A stretch of DNA of 64,000 bases, from assembly GCF_009914755.1 (NCBI RefSeq), contig NC_060940.1; one strand, written 5' to 3'. Origin of the DNA: the human T2T-CHM13v2.0 reference genome, Homo sapiens. Every line of letters begins with the position of its first letter. Position 1 is the first letter of the stretch. Shown here one piece after another: positions 14,480 through 27,382 of the stretch. The notes beneath the pieces were generated by a model. It ran no database searches. It was not told the origin of the DNA and saw only the letters and a program-made list of their open reading frames with translations. Made by a program: the position numbers and the translations under genes.

Positions 14480-15640
14480 TATATGTTTGGAGCTATGTTA
14501 TATTTGTTTTTACATAAATTATATAATCAAGCATATGTTGTTTTGCAGTTTGCCTTCCCTTTTTTCTTAATTTTGCTGGATGCCATTTTATATCAATATA
14601 TATTAATCAATCTCATGTTTTATGCTACTGTGTATGAATGTCACTTTATGTGTAATGTAATTATAAATAAATTTAAAAGTAGCCATTGCCCCAATTAAAG
14701 AGATCTAGGGTTATTTCTAATTTGTGTTATTATAAATAATGCTTAATTAACCTATTTAGTATATGTTTTTAATGTATAGATGGAAATAAGAATTATAAAT
14801 TCATAGGAGACTGTTTTAATAATTTTGATTCCAATGTTTTCTGTTATCTAGTTTGCAAATGTATATGGCTATGTGTGTATCCATACCTTTCTGTATTTTA
14901 ATTTATCATTGTTTCTCCTATAGTGTTCATTTTTTAGGTCTCGTTTAATAAACCTTGTCTAAGACAAGGGTATAACCAGATTACATTGTGTTTTCTTTTC
15001 CTCTTTCTCTTTCTATGTACATGTGTGTATATATATGTAAAATACAACATAGTTATTTAATATGATTTCATTTATACCCTATATTTGAAGTTTACAACAT
15101 GATTATTTAATATGATTTCATTTATACCCTGTATTTGGAGTTTTTGAGTTATGGGTGATATGGATCTATCTGTATTATTTTTTATATCTATAGTCAATTA
15201 TTTCAACACCATTTATTTTTATTCAATTTCTCCCCACTCATTTGAAATGCCACATTAATTTATTCTCGCTTCTTTAACTACACAATTTAGGTTCTGATAC
15301 ATTTTTTATATTGCATTTACATACCTGCCATTATAACATCACAGTATTTTAATTACTATAGCTGTAAAATACTGTAATAGGAAATGTCCACCCTTTTTGT
15401 AGTTGCTTTTTCCAATTTTTAAAAAATTTTTTGTAAACTAATGTTTTTATTTTAATTGTGAAACTTCACAGAAATCGTGGTAAAGTTTTTATTGACATAC
15501 ATTAATTTACTTATTAATTTGAATAAATTTTATAGGTATTATATTAATTTTTTTGAAACCAAGGAGCATAATATATCACTTCAGTTACTTAAGACTTTTA
15601 TTATGGACTTCAGAGAGTTTAATTATTATCTCTATTAAAA
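14480..15640 (-). mobile_element. Old L1 (L1ME-like) degraded fragments
   Basis: tagggttatttctaatttg...ttataaataatgct, caattatttcaacaccatttatt, ttttaattactatagct. Confidence 0.55.
15043..15142 (+). repeat. 50-bp tandem duplication
   Basis: Two adjacent copies, 46/50 identical. Confidence 0.92.
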
Positions 15641-17194
15641 TTCTATTCTCTCTTACATTCTCTCTTTTATATATTAGATATATATATTTTCTTGGCTTTT
15701 ATAGTTTGCCCTGCTTCTGTAATACAATCAAATTTGTCAGGATTTCCTCTGATTCCCCACCGTATATACTTGAGCAAGTTATTTGAGGTAAAGTTTAAGA
15801 TGAAGCACCATGAGCTGCTGGCACTTGCCTTTGTCTTCAGTAAGTGCGGGCAAAGCAAGTCTGAATTTAAATATTTCTGAGTTCTCAGTTTGACAAGCTG
15901 TGCCTCCCGCTCAGTGTTACTTTCTGAAGGCAGGCAACTCCTATCTCTAGCACTCACAGGTGGGTCAGAGTGCTGAGCTGAAGCCACTTCCAAACAAAGG
16001 GCCCATGAACTAAACATGGTGGTGTTTTGTATTTTTTGGTTTTGTCAGTTTGTTTAAGCATTTGGTATATTAAGTTATGAAACGTTATTTTGGTGGCATT
16101 CCCAGCATTTGCAGCATTATTCTTTGAAATAATTTTATGGCTGCTTTTGTCCTTTTTTTTTTTGCCTCTAAGCCATTCTTATAATTTCCAGTTCCTCAAA
16201 GGGTCCGTCTTTTCATTACCTTGAGTGATTTGAATTTATGAGTACTGTTAGGTACCTTATGTCATTTTGTTGAATTTGTGGTAGGTGGGAGAGATGATGG
16301 TACCTTGTAAAGGGACTTCAAATAATTTTGTGTAATTATTTGTAATTACACAATTACAAAAAAATAGTGTAAAAATGAGCAGTAGTCGAATGACTTCAGG
16401 CAATTAAATGACAAAGAAAGCTTAAATATTCGTATTATCATAGAAATATTTTTACTTTATCATATATAATATGACATAGAAAAGTCTTATTATCTGTCAA
16501 GCATTTCAAATTATATCTAATAGTTTCAGTTACTAATTAATTTCTTCTTAAATGGTATTTGAAATCCATTGAACTATTTAAGCTGTTCCAACTTGCAAAT
16601 AAAGATCTTTACTTTCTATCTTTAACAAAATTATTCATAGAATGAGTTTGAACCATAGTGTCAGGCAATATTAAGTGAGGAAAGTTAATTAAAATTCAGT
16701 AAAACTAAAGTCACTTGTTATTAATATTTAGGGAGTGAGTTAACAGAAGCTGTTGTAATAAACATACATTTTTGGAATGTAATTTATTTAAAAATTATAA
16801 GCTCATGTAAAATTTTTAATCATGTAAACCTTATTAAACCCTCATCATTATATTCATGTTGTAACTGTATCTTAATAATTTTTACCTTTTTGTGTTTCCT
16901 TTGCATTGTGAACTTTAAAAGTTGACCAACCATTCTTTTTGTAAAGAAGTAACCCTTTTTTTTATCTGCCAGAGCTAAAGAACACATAAAAACAAACTTT
17001 GTCGTTTGATAAACTAAATATTTTTCAATATTATCCAGTATGGTTGTTGAGAGTATTCTCTAGTATGTGGGTTGTGACATTTTCTTCTCTGGGATTTTTG
17101 TTTTTTTGTTTTGTTTTGTTTTCTTTCTTTCCCTTTTTTCCATTGCCATCTCACAAGTTGAAGTTATTTGAAAACACACACAAATATTAAATTA

Positions 17195-17345
17195 AAAAAT
17201 CATTTATTTTAAGATACACCATTTTTCTAATGTCTGAATATGGGTGAGCATTGAAATCAATGTGTCCATTGAATTATATTCTTCAAAAATATTGTATTAA
17301 ATCAATTATGTATCTTATAGTTGATGCCATCTTAGAATTGAAATT
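17195..17345. mobile_element. TcMar-type MITE fossil, MER104-like
   Basis: ttaagatacaccattttt...gatgccatcttagaattgaaatt degenerate inverted termini. Confidence 0.45.
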
Positions 17346-17392
17346 TTAAAAAATCATTCAAGTCCATTAAATTTTTAAAGCCATATATATGC

Positions 17393-17573
17393 TTTATTTT
17401 TATTATTTAATTTATTATTATTCTTTTGAGACGGAGTCTTGCTCTGTTACCCAGGCAGGAGCTCAGTGGTGTAATCTTGGCTCACTGCACCCTCCACCTC
17501 CCAAGTTCAAGCGATTCTCCTGCCTCAGCCTCTTGAGTAGCTGGGATTACAGGCATGCGCCACCATGCCAGCT
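17393..17573 (-). mobile_element. AluS right monomer only
   Basis: gagacggagtcttgctctg...ccaccatgccagct, stops at the linker. Confidence 0.9.
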
Positions 17574-17649
17574 CCCTCAGTTTCTTGAAGTACATGGGAG
17601 TCATATTGGCCAAAGCCTCTTAAAGTAAAAGGAAAAAAAAAAAAGACTA

Positions 17650-17880
17650 GTTCTTCCCACCACTGTCACTTATCATTCAGGACTTGCCAACTCCCTGCAA
17701 CTTTCTCAAAAAGTAGTGCATAACATTTCTTCTTTTTATAATACCACTAAACTTCTCATTGTTCTTTGGACATACTAAAGACAAGCCAGTTTACAGTGTA
17801 TGCCCCAAATTGTAATTCATTCTTCTCAAATAAAGCATTTTAATTTTATGGATTTGTCCCCCTATTTTATTTGACTTTTA
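17650..17880 (+). mobile_element. ERV1 LTR 3' part, MER34/MER39-like
   Basis: tgttctttggacatactaaagac...gtgtatgccccaaattgtaattc...caaataaa...tattttatttgactt. Confidence 0.65.
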
Positions 17881-17882
17881 TA

Positions 17883-17960
17883 GAAGCCTCACCAGAAACC
17901 AATCTTGATGCACCTCTATCTTGAACTTCTAGATTCCAGAAAATAAACGTCTGTTGTTTT
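17883..17960 (+). mobile_element. MaLR (MST/MLT1) LTR 3' fragment
   Basis: cctcaccagaaaccaa...atcttgaacttctag...aataaacgtctgttgttt. Confidence 0.6.
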
Positions 17961-18344
17961 GCAAAAAAGAAAAAACAAGAAAAAGAAAAAAGAAAGAAAG
18001 AAAGAAGAAGAATATTGCCCAATAACCCTACTAACAAGTACCCACTTAAAATGCTTCTTCAGTTTCCTTCCATAAATGTAGGTGTGAACAAAACAAAATG
18101 TAATTTGAGGGTTGTCACTTAAGATTTCTAGCAGACACAAGTACTTCTATTTTAGAACAAACCCTGATTATTTACTTCAGGGAATTGAAATGTCAAAAAA
18201 AAATAGACTGGACAGACAAAAATCCTAATATACATCCAACCAGTTATTATAAAATTTTCTCAAAAATGTATGTAACAGAGAGTTATAGAGCAAGAAAGGA
18301 AGGAGAACACAGAATTAAAGTCCTAAACTGTATAGAAAGATGAC

Positions 18345-18562
18345 CCCTCATATGTTTGTATTCACTGTCCTTATTCATTTGCCATTGCATTTATTCTCAC
18401 ATAAAATATTATTACATGATTGTCTACTTGATTTTTTATTTTCCTCCACTAGAATGTAACTTCCATTAGAGTACAGTTCATGTTTATTTTATTCATCAAA
18501 TTATCTAAAGCTCTAGTATAGCATCTTGCACAGAGTAGCTATTCAATATTATTTTAGAATGA
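18345..18562 (+). mobile_element. L2 3' end
   Basis: ccactagaatgtaacttccattagag...tttattcatc...gcacagagtagctattcaata. Confidence 0.7.
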
Positions 18563-18845
18563 TTAGACGAGATTGGAACTCACCCATGGAGAAAGATAGC
18601 CAGTGAGATCCTTTCAATGGTGAATTGACTTGAGGTTTTTTAAGAGTAAGAATTATCTAAGATTTATTTTTTTTCCAAGTGAAAACTGTTCAGTTAGGGT
18701 AGATTTAATTTTTATATTTAGAAATTGAATCAAATTTTACATTCAAAGACTTGATTCTTTTTCATAAGCATGTACTTTTTATAATATACATTGTCTAACA
18801 TCGAGATAAATTCCCTATTATTTTCCTAAGATATTTTCCGCCTTT

Positions 18846-18907
18846 TGCAGCAATGAGAATACTGCAGCAATGAGTATTTTGCAGCAATGAGTATTATACA
18901 GCAATGA
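18846..18907 (+). repeat. Minisatellite, ~17-bp unit (tgcagcaatgagtattt), ~3.5 copies
   Basis: cagcaatga recurs four times at 17-18 bp spacing. Confidence 0.85.
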
Positions 18908-21719
18908 AAAATCCTATCAAGAAGAAAATTATTAAATTGAAATAGAATTCCATTTCATTTCTTTAGAGTTTCCACAGTCACTCACGCTCAAATAATCTTT
19001 GCTTTTCATTAATTTTAGAGAGTACAGGGCTTTTGCTAGTGTTGAGTTAGGTGACTGGGAATGATAAATGGGATAAACTGCATGGTGAATAGAATGAATT
19101 CTGCAGAAGCAGAGACTTAGAGCAGTTAGTGTTATTAATCAACAAGTCCCCAGGATTAACAAAAAATTTGGAAGTTTGGAATTCTCACAGAACATTAAGA
19201 AGTTTGGGCCAGTATGATTCCCATGTACAAGCACAAGGCAAATCCAGTTATGGTCTGCACATAAAAAGGCATGCTGACAATGACAGTTCACAATACTGTT
19301 AAAAGGATAGAATGAGTTGGTTTACTATAGCATAATAAGTATAATAGGATGAAATGATGTTCTATTCATATCATAATTATTTAAATAAAATCATCACAAT
19401 TGGGCCTTTTATTCCTTAAGCTGTTGAAAACAGGCAAGATATTTTCATTTCCATTGAAAAATTAAAGTATGAAATAAATTCAAGTAGGAAATATTTAATT
19501 CATCAAAAATAGCCATTTAAACTCTATACTAGAACTAAGATGAACTCCTCAGGGATCTCTGACAGCACTTAGAGTAAATTTAATTCCCCAGAGTCCAAGC
19601 TAGGGTAGGTGAAAAATGTACACGGAGCAAGGGGTGTCTATGCCATTCAAATGAGTATGCAGTTCTTAGAGGACATGGAAAGTCAACACTCCAAGGTCAC
19701 AGGCTGGACAGAAAGATGGGACTATGGACATAAAATAAGTGTATGTGTCTGCAAAAGATAATATAATAAATAGATAATGTAGCAGCTTGCACACATATCA
19801 AGTCAGGAGGTTTTGAACACAATTGATAAGTAATATAAGATTATGAGAAGCTAGTGTCTTTGCAGCATGGAATTCACCATCTTTACTATGCCAGGTCAGG
19901 AAAGACAAAGGATTCTCAAAGAGAGAATGAATCGTGTGTCTCCCTGAATACTGAATATGTTACTGATGAACACAGAGAATTGAAAAGAACTAATATAATC
20001 AAGTTAAAAAATAGAGTAGTAAGTTTTGGATTAGTAGCCAAAACCAATTTCTAGTAACATATTGGTGTCCTTCAAAATATTGGAGGATATATGTACATGA
20101 ATAATTAATGTAAAAACATCAATTACTATTCATTGAGAAGTGAACATTTTGTTGTATATTTTTGGAATTAATAACTTGGGTTTTTTACATTAATTCCATA
20201 ACATGGCAGAAAGCTTATGGTTTCTGATACAATTATAAGTGAACTTCAGCTTAAAAGATAAATTTGCAGTTAGGTTTGTGCATTCAGACATCCAAAAATA
20301 TCTAAAGGAATCAACAGAACTTCCTTTTGTTCTTTGCAGTATCTTTAAAATATTTCACTTTGATTTGATATTATCTGACATTGGTGCTATTTGAATCATT
20401 GAAATAAGAGCTCCATGTCTAGTGATATAAGTTTCTGAGATATTCAGAAAGTCAGACAACACTATATTAATTAAATCACGAATTTTTTATGTAGCTTTTG
20501 TCTCTTCCTCATTGCATTAACCAGAAGACTTTATTCCCTCTAGGACTGTAAATCAGCGAATCTTGGGCTAGCCATAGAAGCATTAAGAATGTCTTAGCTG
20601 TCCTGGGCAGTAACTCAGTTCTGTGAAATTACATCCACTGGGATCTATGGGGTGCTTGAGACAGTTTTATTTCTCAAATTTATTACATTCTTTCACAACT
20701 TCTCTTAAAGATTTCATAAACTCACAATGAAGAGTGGTCACTTAGATTCAGGCTCCAAACATAGCAGTGGTAATCAGGCTTGCCTTTTCCTGTGTCTTAC
20801 ATGAATAGCAAGAGCATTAACTAGTAATAAAGGTACCTGTTGATCAGGGGGAGAGAAGGCCCAGGCAGTTATCTTCTGCCTTAACGTCCTGCCTGGGAGA
20901 TTTCTCTGGGTCATTTAGCAAGCCAACGCTCTGTCACAACTGAGCTTAAATTTTATAGAAGGACAATTTTTGGATTTCAAAAAGAACTCACAGGACATTT
21001 TCAAACTCTTTACTGTTTGACCTATTTGCATATTTCTAAAGAAAATTTTACATTGTTTTATTACAGAAGCAGATGTGATTTTATATTAGTAAACAGTGAC
21101 TCAAATTTTTATTGTTTTATGGTTTTATTGATTTGTTTGCTTTATGTCTTGGGGAGCAAGATGTCTTTTTTGCTTGCCTTATTAAATGTATTTGATTTAA
21201 TAACCTAGAATGAGCTGGAGTTAAAAGTAAAAATTATATACATATATATAAACATACACACATGCAGATACATGCACATACATGCATATAACTTATGTGT
21301 GCATCTGTTTGTGTGTATGATTCAGTATTTAGCAAATTACTGGATTTTGATCTAACAGTAAATAATAATTTTAAAAAACTTGATGCAGTTGCAAACTAAA
21401 ATATTCCATTTGAGTTTACTAGATAATAATGTATTAATATTTAAAATAACATACCTCCTAACCATCTGTCTGATATATTTCAAAAGTGCATTTATATGCC
21501 TTTGTGGAACTATAAAGCAAGTTTTGTAAAATGTTCGTACTAAAAAATCTTGTGAGGAGTATACGGTCATCAATCCATAATGGTTTACTGAGCTACCCAA
21601 AGCAACACACAATATTTTAAATTTTCATAGGAAACACAGCAAAACTTGAGATATTTTGAATATTTCATACACAACTAGTTTGATATTCTTCTCTGCTTCA
21701 ATATTAAATTAGGTTACAT

Positions 21720-21878
21720 TCCTTTGATACCAACGTGTCTTTAATAATTCAGAATTTCTGTTGTCGCCATGATTAACCACACCAACAACAAAAGTAAAAT
21801 GTCAAAAATCTGTGTGGAACAACAAATGTGGTTAGTGATATCTAATCTGGTTTCAAGATTTGAAAAATTATGTGGGAC
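21720..21878. mobile_element. hAT-Charlie fossil (Charlie7-like), left part
   Basis: caaaaatctgtgtggaacaacaaatgtggttag...caagatttgaaaaattatgtg; appears continuous with 22937-23217. Confidence 0.45.
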
Positions 21879-22832
21879 TATCATATACATATGGTATACA
21901 TATATCATATATGATATATATCATATATATGATATATATGATATATATGGTATACGTATATCATATATATGATATATATGATATATATGATATATATGAT
22001 ATATATGGTATACGTATATCATATATATGATATATATGATATATATGGTATACGTATATCATATATATGATATATATGATATATATGATATATATGGTAT
22101 ACGTATATCATATATATGATATATATGATATATATGATATATATGGTATACGTATATGATATATATGATATATATGATATATATGGTATACGTATATGAT
22201 ATATATGATATATATGGTATACGTATATGATATATATGATACATATGATATATATGGTATACGTATATGATATATATGATACATATGATATATATGGTAT
22301 ACGTATATCATATATATGATACATATGATATATATGATATACGTATATGATATACGTATATCATATATATGATACATATGATATATATGGTATACGTATA
22401 TCATATATATGATACATATGATATATATGGTATACGTATATCATATATATGATACATATGATATATATGGTATACGTATATCATATATATGATACATATG
22501 ATATATATGGTATACGTATATCATATATATGATACATATGATATATATGGTATACGTATATCATATATATGATACATATGATATATATGATATACGTATA
22601 TCATATATATGATACATATGATATATATGGTATACGTATATCATATATATGATACATATGATATATATGGTATACGTATATCATATATATGATACATATG
22701 ATATATATGGTATATGTCATATATATCATATATATGATATGTGTCATATATGTCATATATATGTCATATATATCATATATATCATATATGTGTGATAAAT
22801 ATCATATATATGACATATATATGATATATGTA
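21879..22832. repeat. TA-rich hierarchical minisatellite (9-, 22- and 40-bp units)
   Basis: tatatatga, tatatatggtatacgtatatca, and eight 40-mers tcatatatatgatacatatgatatatatggtatacgtata at 22361-22680. Confidence 0.97.
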
Positions 22833-22904
22833 TCTTAGCTGTCTATTCTACATGATCTATTTGTCTGTTTCATCACCAATACCACACTGTCTTGATTACT
22901 GTAG
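22833..22904 (+). repeat. 72-bp local copy of 24906-24977 (L1MC-derived)
   Basis: 69/72 identical by manual alignment. Confidence 0.93.
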
Positions 22905-22936
22905 ATTTTATATATATATATATTTTTTTTACATAA

Positions 22937-23217
22937 AATCTGGTTTCAAGATTTGAAACCTTATGTGGGACCTATTATATATATATATTCTGTAATTGTG
23001 GTCTTTAAGATAGACATAAGGACTTTCTTTCAATTTATGTGAATTATGTTTTTCAAATTACTATTAGGTTTTAGAGTATAAATACTTATAATTTGGCCTT
23101 AAATATCTAGTAACATTATAATGTTTATTTTAGGTATTTCCTTTGGCCTGGCATGAGGTGAAAAAATACTAAGACTCTAAGGGTGTTGTGAAATCAGAAA
23201 TTGTCAGAATCTCTTGT
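22937..23217. mobile_element. hAT-Charlie fossil (Charlie7-like), right part with terminus
   Basis: ttaggtatttcctttggcctgg...gtgaaaaaatactaagactctaagggtgttgtgaaatcagaaattgtcagaatctc resembles a Charlie7/MER119-type end. Confidence 0.55.
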
Positions 23218-23427
23218 ATTAAGGGAGTCTTAGGACTACTTCTCTTTAATTGACTATTAAAAACAACATTTGTTAAGTGAAATATGTTAGCTTAAATTTT
23301 AAAATATTAGATTAGAGATATTTTTCTAGTTTTACTTTGCTATGAGTTTTTATAATACGTGAGTGTTGACTTTTAAAATTTATTTTTAAAATTTTTGTTT
23401 TAGTTTCTTTGTTTCACTTTTTCTCCC

Positions 23428-25165
23428 TTTTAAATAGACTATTTTTAGGAGCAGCTTTAGATTCACAGAAAAATTGAGCAGAAAGTACAGAGTTCCCATA
23501 TAATCCCTGCACCATCACATGCATAATTTCTTCTACTATTAACATCTCTCGCCATACTGGTAAGTTTGTTACAATTGACAAAACCACATTGACACATCAT
23601 TGTTACCCAAAGTGCATAGTTTGCATTGGGTTCACTCTTGGTCTTATGCATTCTGTGGCTTAAACAAACATACAATGAAATGTATACAGCCTTATGGCAC
23701 TATACAGAATAGTTTCACTGCCCTAAAACTCTTCTATGCTTTGTTTATTCATCCCTCCTTTCCTCCAAACCCTGGTAACCACTGACCCTTTTACTGTCTT
23801 CATCATTTTGCCTTTTCCAGAATGCTATATAGTTGGTATCACACAGTGTGTAGTGTTTTCAGATTGGCTTCTTTCACTTGGTAATATGCATATATAAGTT
23901 TCCTCCCTGTCTTTTTCTGACTTGATAGCTTATTTCTTTTCAGTGCTGAATAATATTCAATTTTCTGGATGTACCACAGTTTATCCATTCCCACACTAAA
24001 GGACACCTTTATTGCTTCTAAGTTTTGGCTCTTACAAATAAACCTCTTATAAACATCCATGTGCCAGTGTTCATGTGGACACAAGTTTTCAACTCATTTG
24101 AGTAAATACCAAGAAGCACAATTACTGGATCCTATGGTATGGGTATGCTTACTTTCTTCAGAAACTGCCAAGTCATTTTCCATTGTAAATGAATTACTCT
24201 CTTTTATTCCTATCAGCAATAGTGAGAGTTCCTTTTCCTCTCTTATCTTCCTCAGGATTTGGTGTTACTATTTTGGATTTCGACTGTTCTAGTAGGTGGG
24301 TAATGGCATCTTGTTGTTTTAACTTGCAATTCCCTAATGACAAATAATGTGTATTATCTTTTCAGATGCTTTTTCTGCCATCTATATAACTTCTTTAGTG
24401 AGCTAAATATTGAGGTATTTTGTCAATTTTTAAATCTTGTTAATTTTCTTATTGTTGAGTTTTAAGTGTTCTTTGTATATTTCAGCTAACAACCCATTAT
24501 CAAATATGTATGTTGCAAATATTTTGTTTCGATGTACGACTTAAAAGGGTTTTCAGACCAGAACCTTTTAATTTTAATGGTGTTCAGCTTATCAATTACA
24601 TTTTTCATGAGTCATGTCTTTGTGCTGAATTTTAAAAGCCATTGCCGAAGCCAAGAACATCTAGAATTTCTCCTTTGTTCTTCTAGAAGTTTTGTAGTTA
24701 TGAATTTTATATTTAGATCTATGAAACATTTTGAGTTAATTTTTGAGGATTATGTGTATATAAATTTATATTTTTTCATGTGGGTGTTCAGATCCAGCAC
24801 AATTTATTAAAGAGATGATAGTATTGTATTGCTTTTGTATCTCTCTGTTGTGTTGCATTTTCTCCTTTGTCAAAGATCAGTTAACCATATTTACGTGAAT
24901 CTGTTTCTTAGTTCTCTATTCTACGTGATCTATTTGTCTGTTTCATCACCAATACCACACTGTCTTGATTACTGTAGTTTTATAGCAAGTTTTGAAATTG
25001 GGTAATGTCAGTCTTTTTGCTTTGTTCTCTTTCAATATTGTGTTAGCTGTTCTGGGGTGGTATTTTTTTTCTTCTCCATATAAACTTTAAAATCAGTTTG
25101 TTAGTATCCACAAAACAATTTCCTGAAATTCTGAGATTTTAACTAGGATTGCATTGAAAATCTAA
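23428..25165 (-). mobile_element. L1MC1/L1MC2-like 3' end with ORF2 remnant
   Basis: gattcacagaaaaattgagcagaaagtacagag, acattgacacatcattgttacccaaag, gtttcactgccctaaaa. Confidence 0.85.
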
Positions 25166-25408
25166 TTAATAAAAATATGATAATAGAAAATAAAGCAAAT
25201 TAAAAAACAGTATAACAACTGCTTACATACCATTTACATTGTATTATATATTGTAAGTAACCTAGAGATGATGTAAAGTGTAACAGGAAGATGTGCATAG
25301 ATTATACACACTATGTCACTTTATATAAGGGACTTGAGCATTCATGGATAATGGTATCAGCTAGGGGTGCTGAAACCATTCCCCCATGGATACCAAAGGA
25401 TGACTTTG
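25166..25408. mobile_element. Tigger3-like DNA transposon end
   Basis: acagtataacaact...catttacattgtatta...agggacttgagcat...ccccatggataccaaaggatgact. Confidence 0.8.
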
Positions 25409-27073
25409 CACAAATACACCCATTTCTCCCCTAGAAAACTGGGCATATTTAGAAGTGAATGCTTTATAATGGAGTTCCACTTACATTTCCTCAATTTACT
25501 GTGCTGAGCATTAAGCTTAGAATTTAGATATTTATGCACTTGTACTTCAGTAAAAATTACATCTTACAAACTCAATTCATCTTAATGTGAACTGTCACCA
25601 AATCTCAGTCTCCAGCTTAGCAGATATGTCAGCCAGTCCTTAATGAGATTACATGAATATTGGCTGATTTTTATAGATGAACTTAGCCTTCCGTTGCTAA
25701 AAGGCTAAAAATTCCAGATGGCTAGAATTTCAAAGGTTTAGAATTTTGGGCTTGGAGTTAGAACATCGTGTGTTGGCAGCCTAGTAGTATTGCATGTGTT
25801 ATTGTTCAATTATAAAACAAAACAAAAATTATAACTTTTTTTTGCTCCAGTTAATTGTCTAAAAAATTTAAAATATAGATAATACCAATGCTATTAGTTG
25901 ACAACAGAAAACAAAACACATTACTCATTTTGAAGAAAGAGAAGCCAGATTCATCTTGTTCCTTCTATTCCCTCTTTTTATTGTAACTGAAGTCTAATTG
26001 AAAAAAAAAAACTGTTGTGTACAGTGATAAGCTGCTCAGTTGAAAGCTTTAACCTATGTGCTATGTATACCTTTGATAATCTGCTCCATCAAGATTTTAT
26101 TGTATTTTTTAGTAACCTCTGCATATCATTTTGGGGGAGGTCCTAGGAATATTCATTGCTCTCCTCACTTTATCGATTGTCCAGTGGTAATTTGAAATGT
26201 ACAGTATGAGAGATTTTGGCTGTATAAAATGGAATTAAGTTATTTACAAACGTGGTTTTACTAGCTTATAAACAAAACAAAATCACTAATATTGGAGGGA
26301 TAATAAAATGTCACGCTCACTTATAGCGACATTAGATCCTGGGTTCTCTTTGTACTTTGTCTCTGGCTGTCACTGTTGAAAGCAGGTGTCCCAGTGTCTA
26401 TTTGTTTGGACCTAAAGAACTCAGGGCCCCTAATCTAATGCCAATGTTGATAGCTCCTCTACTAGTTTCTGGCTATTGGTGCAATTTCTGTAATTGCAAT
26501 AAAACTTGTATTGAATTGTTGAGGAAGATCAACAATCTATTCCACTAACCACAACCCATAAAGTTTTCCTTGCTTTGTCATAAATTATAAGAATACCTTT
26601 TATTCAAATGTAGAATAACCTAGATCCCAGAACATTTTTAAATTGCTAAACGTGACATGTATACAGAATGATAGATTGCTGTAAAAGGTGACAGTAATTG
26701 TATACATACTGTTAAATGTTTCTCAATGAAAAGTGAATCTTAACAGTATTGTATGGAAATGCCAATGTCTTAAACATTTGTATACTACTTAATGAAAATT
26801 ACCCTTCCAGGAGCTTATGGTTGGGCAATGAACATAAATGTTTTCTATTTTACTATATTCACTGCTGTGTTGTATGTAGAGGTAACAGAAATTGAAATTA
26901 GCCTAACTATGGCATTATGTACATAAATTCTGAGAAATCCATAAAATCTAATATTATGCAAAATAATCTAATCAAAGTATTTCAAAAATATTTCCTCCAC
27001 TCAATTCTGTGTTCATTGATCCAATACCTGACACATAAAAAGCACTCAATAAATAATATTTGAATTAATATAA

Positions 27074-27382
<309 letters not shown>

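Noticed and set aside
14294-14698. 134-aa ORF
   Set aside because: Spans a THE1 LTR and an L1 remnant; non-ATG start.
15667-16017. 116-aa minus-strand ORF / GC-richer patch
   Set aside because: No recognisable protein similarity; a regulatory role cannot be supported from sequence alone.
21253-21319. Imperfect CA/TG inverted repeat
   Set aside because: Low-complexity arms explain the pairing.
22019-22404. Tyr/Ile/His-rich repetitive ORFs on the minus strand
   Set aside because: Translations of the TA minisatellite with no coding signature.
21879-22832. CRISPR-like array
   Set aside because: Pure tandem repeat with no unique spacers, no cas genes, eukaryotic context.
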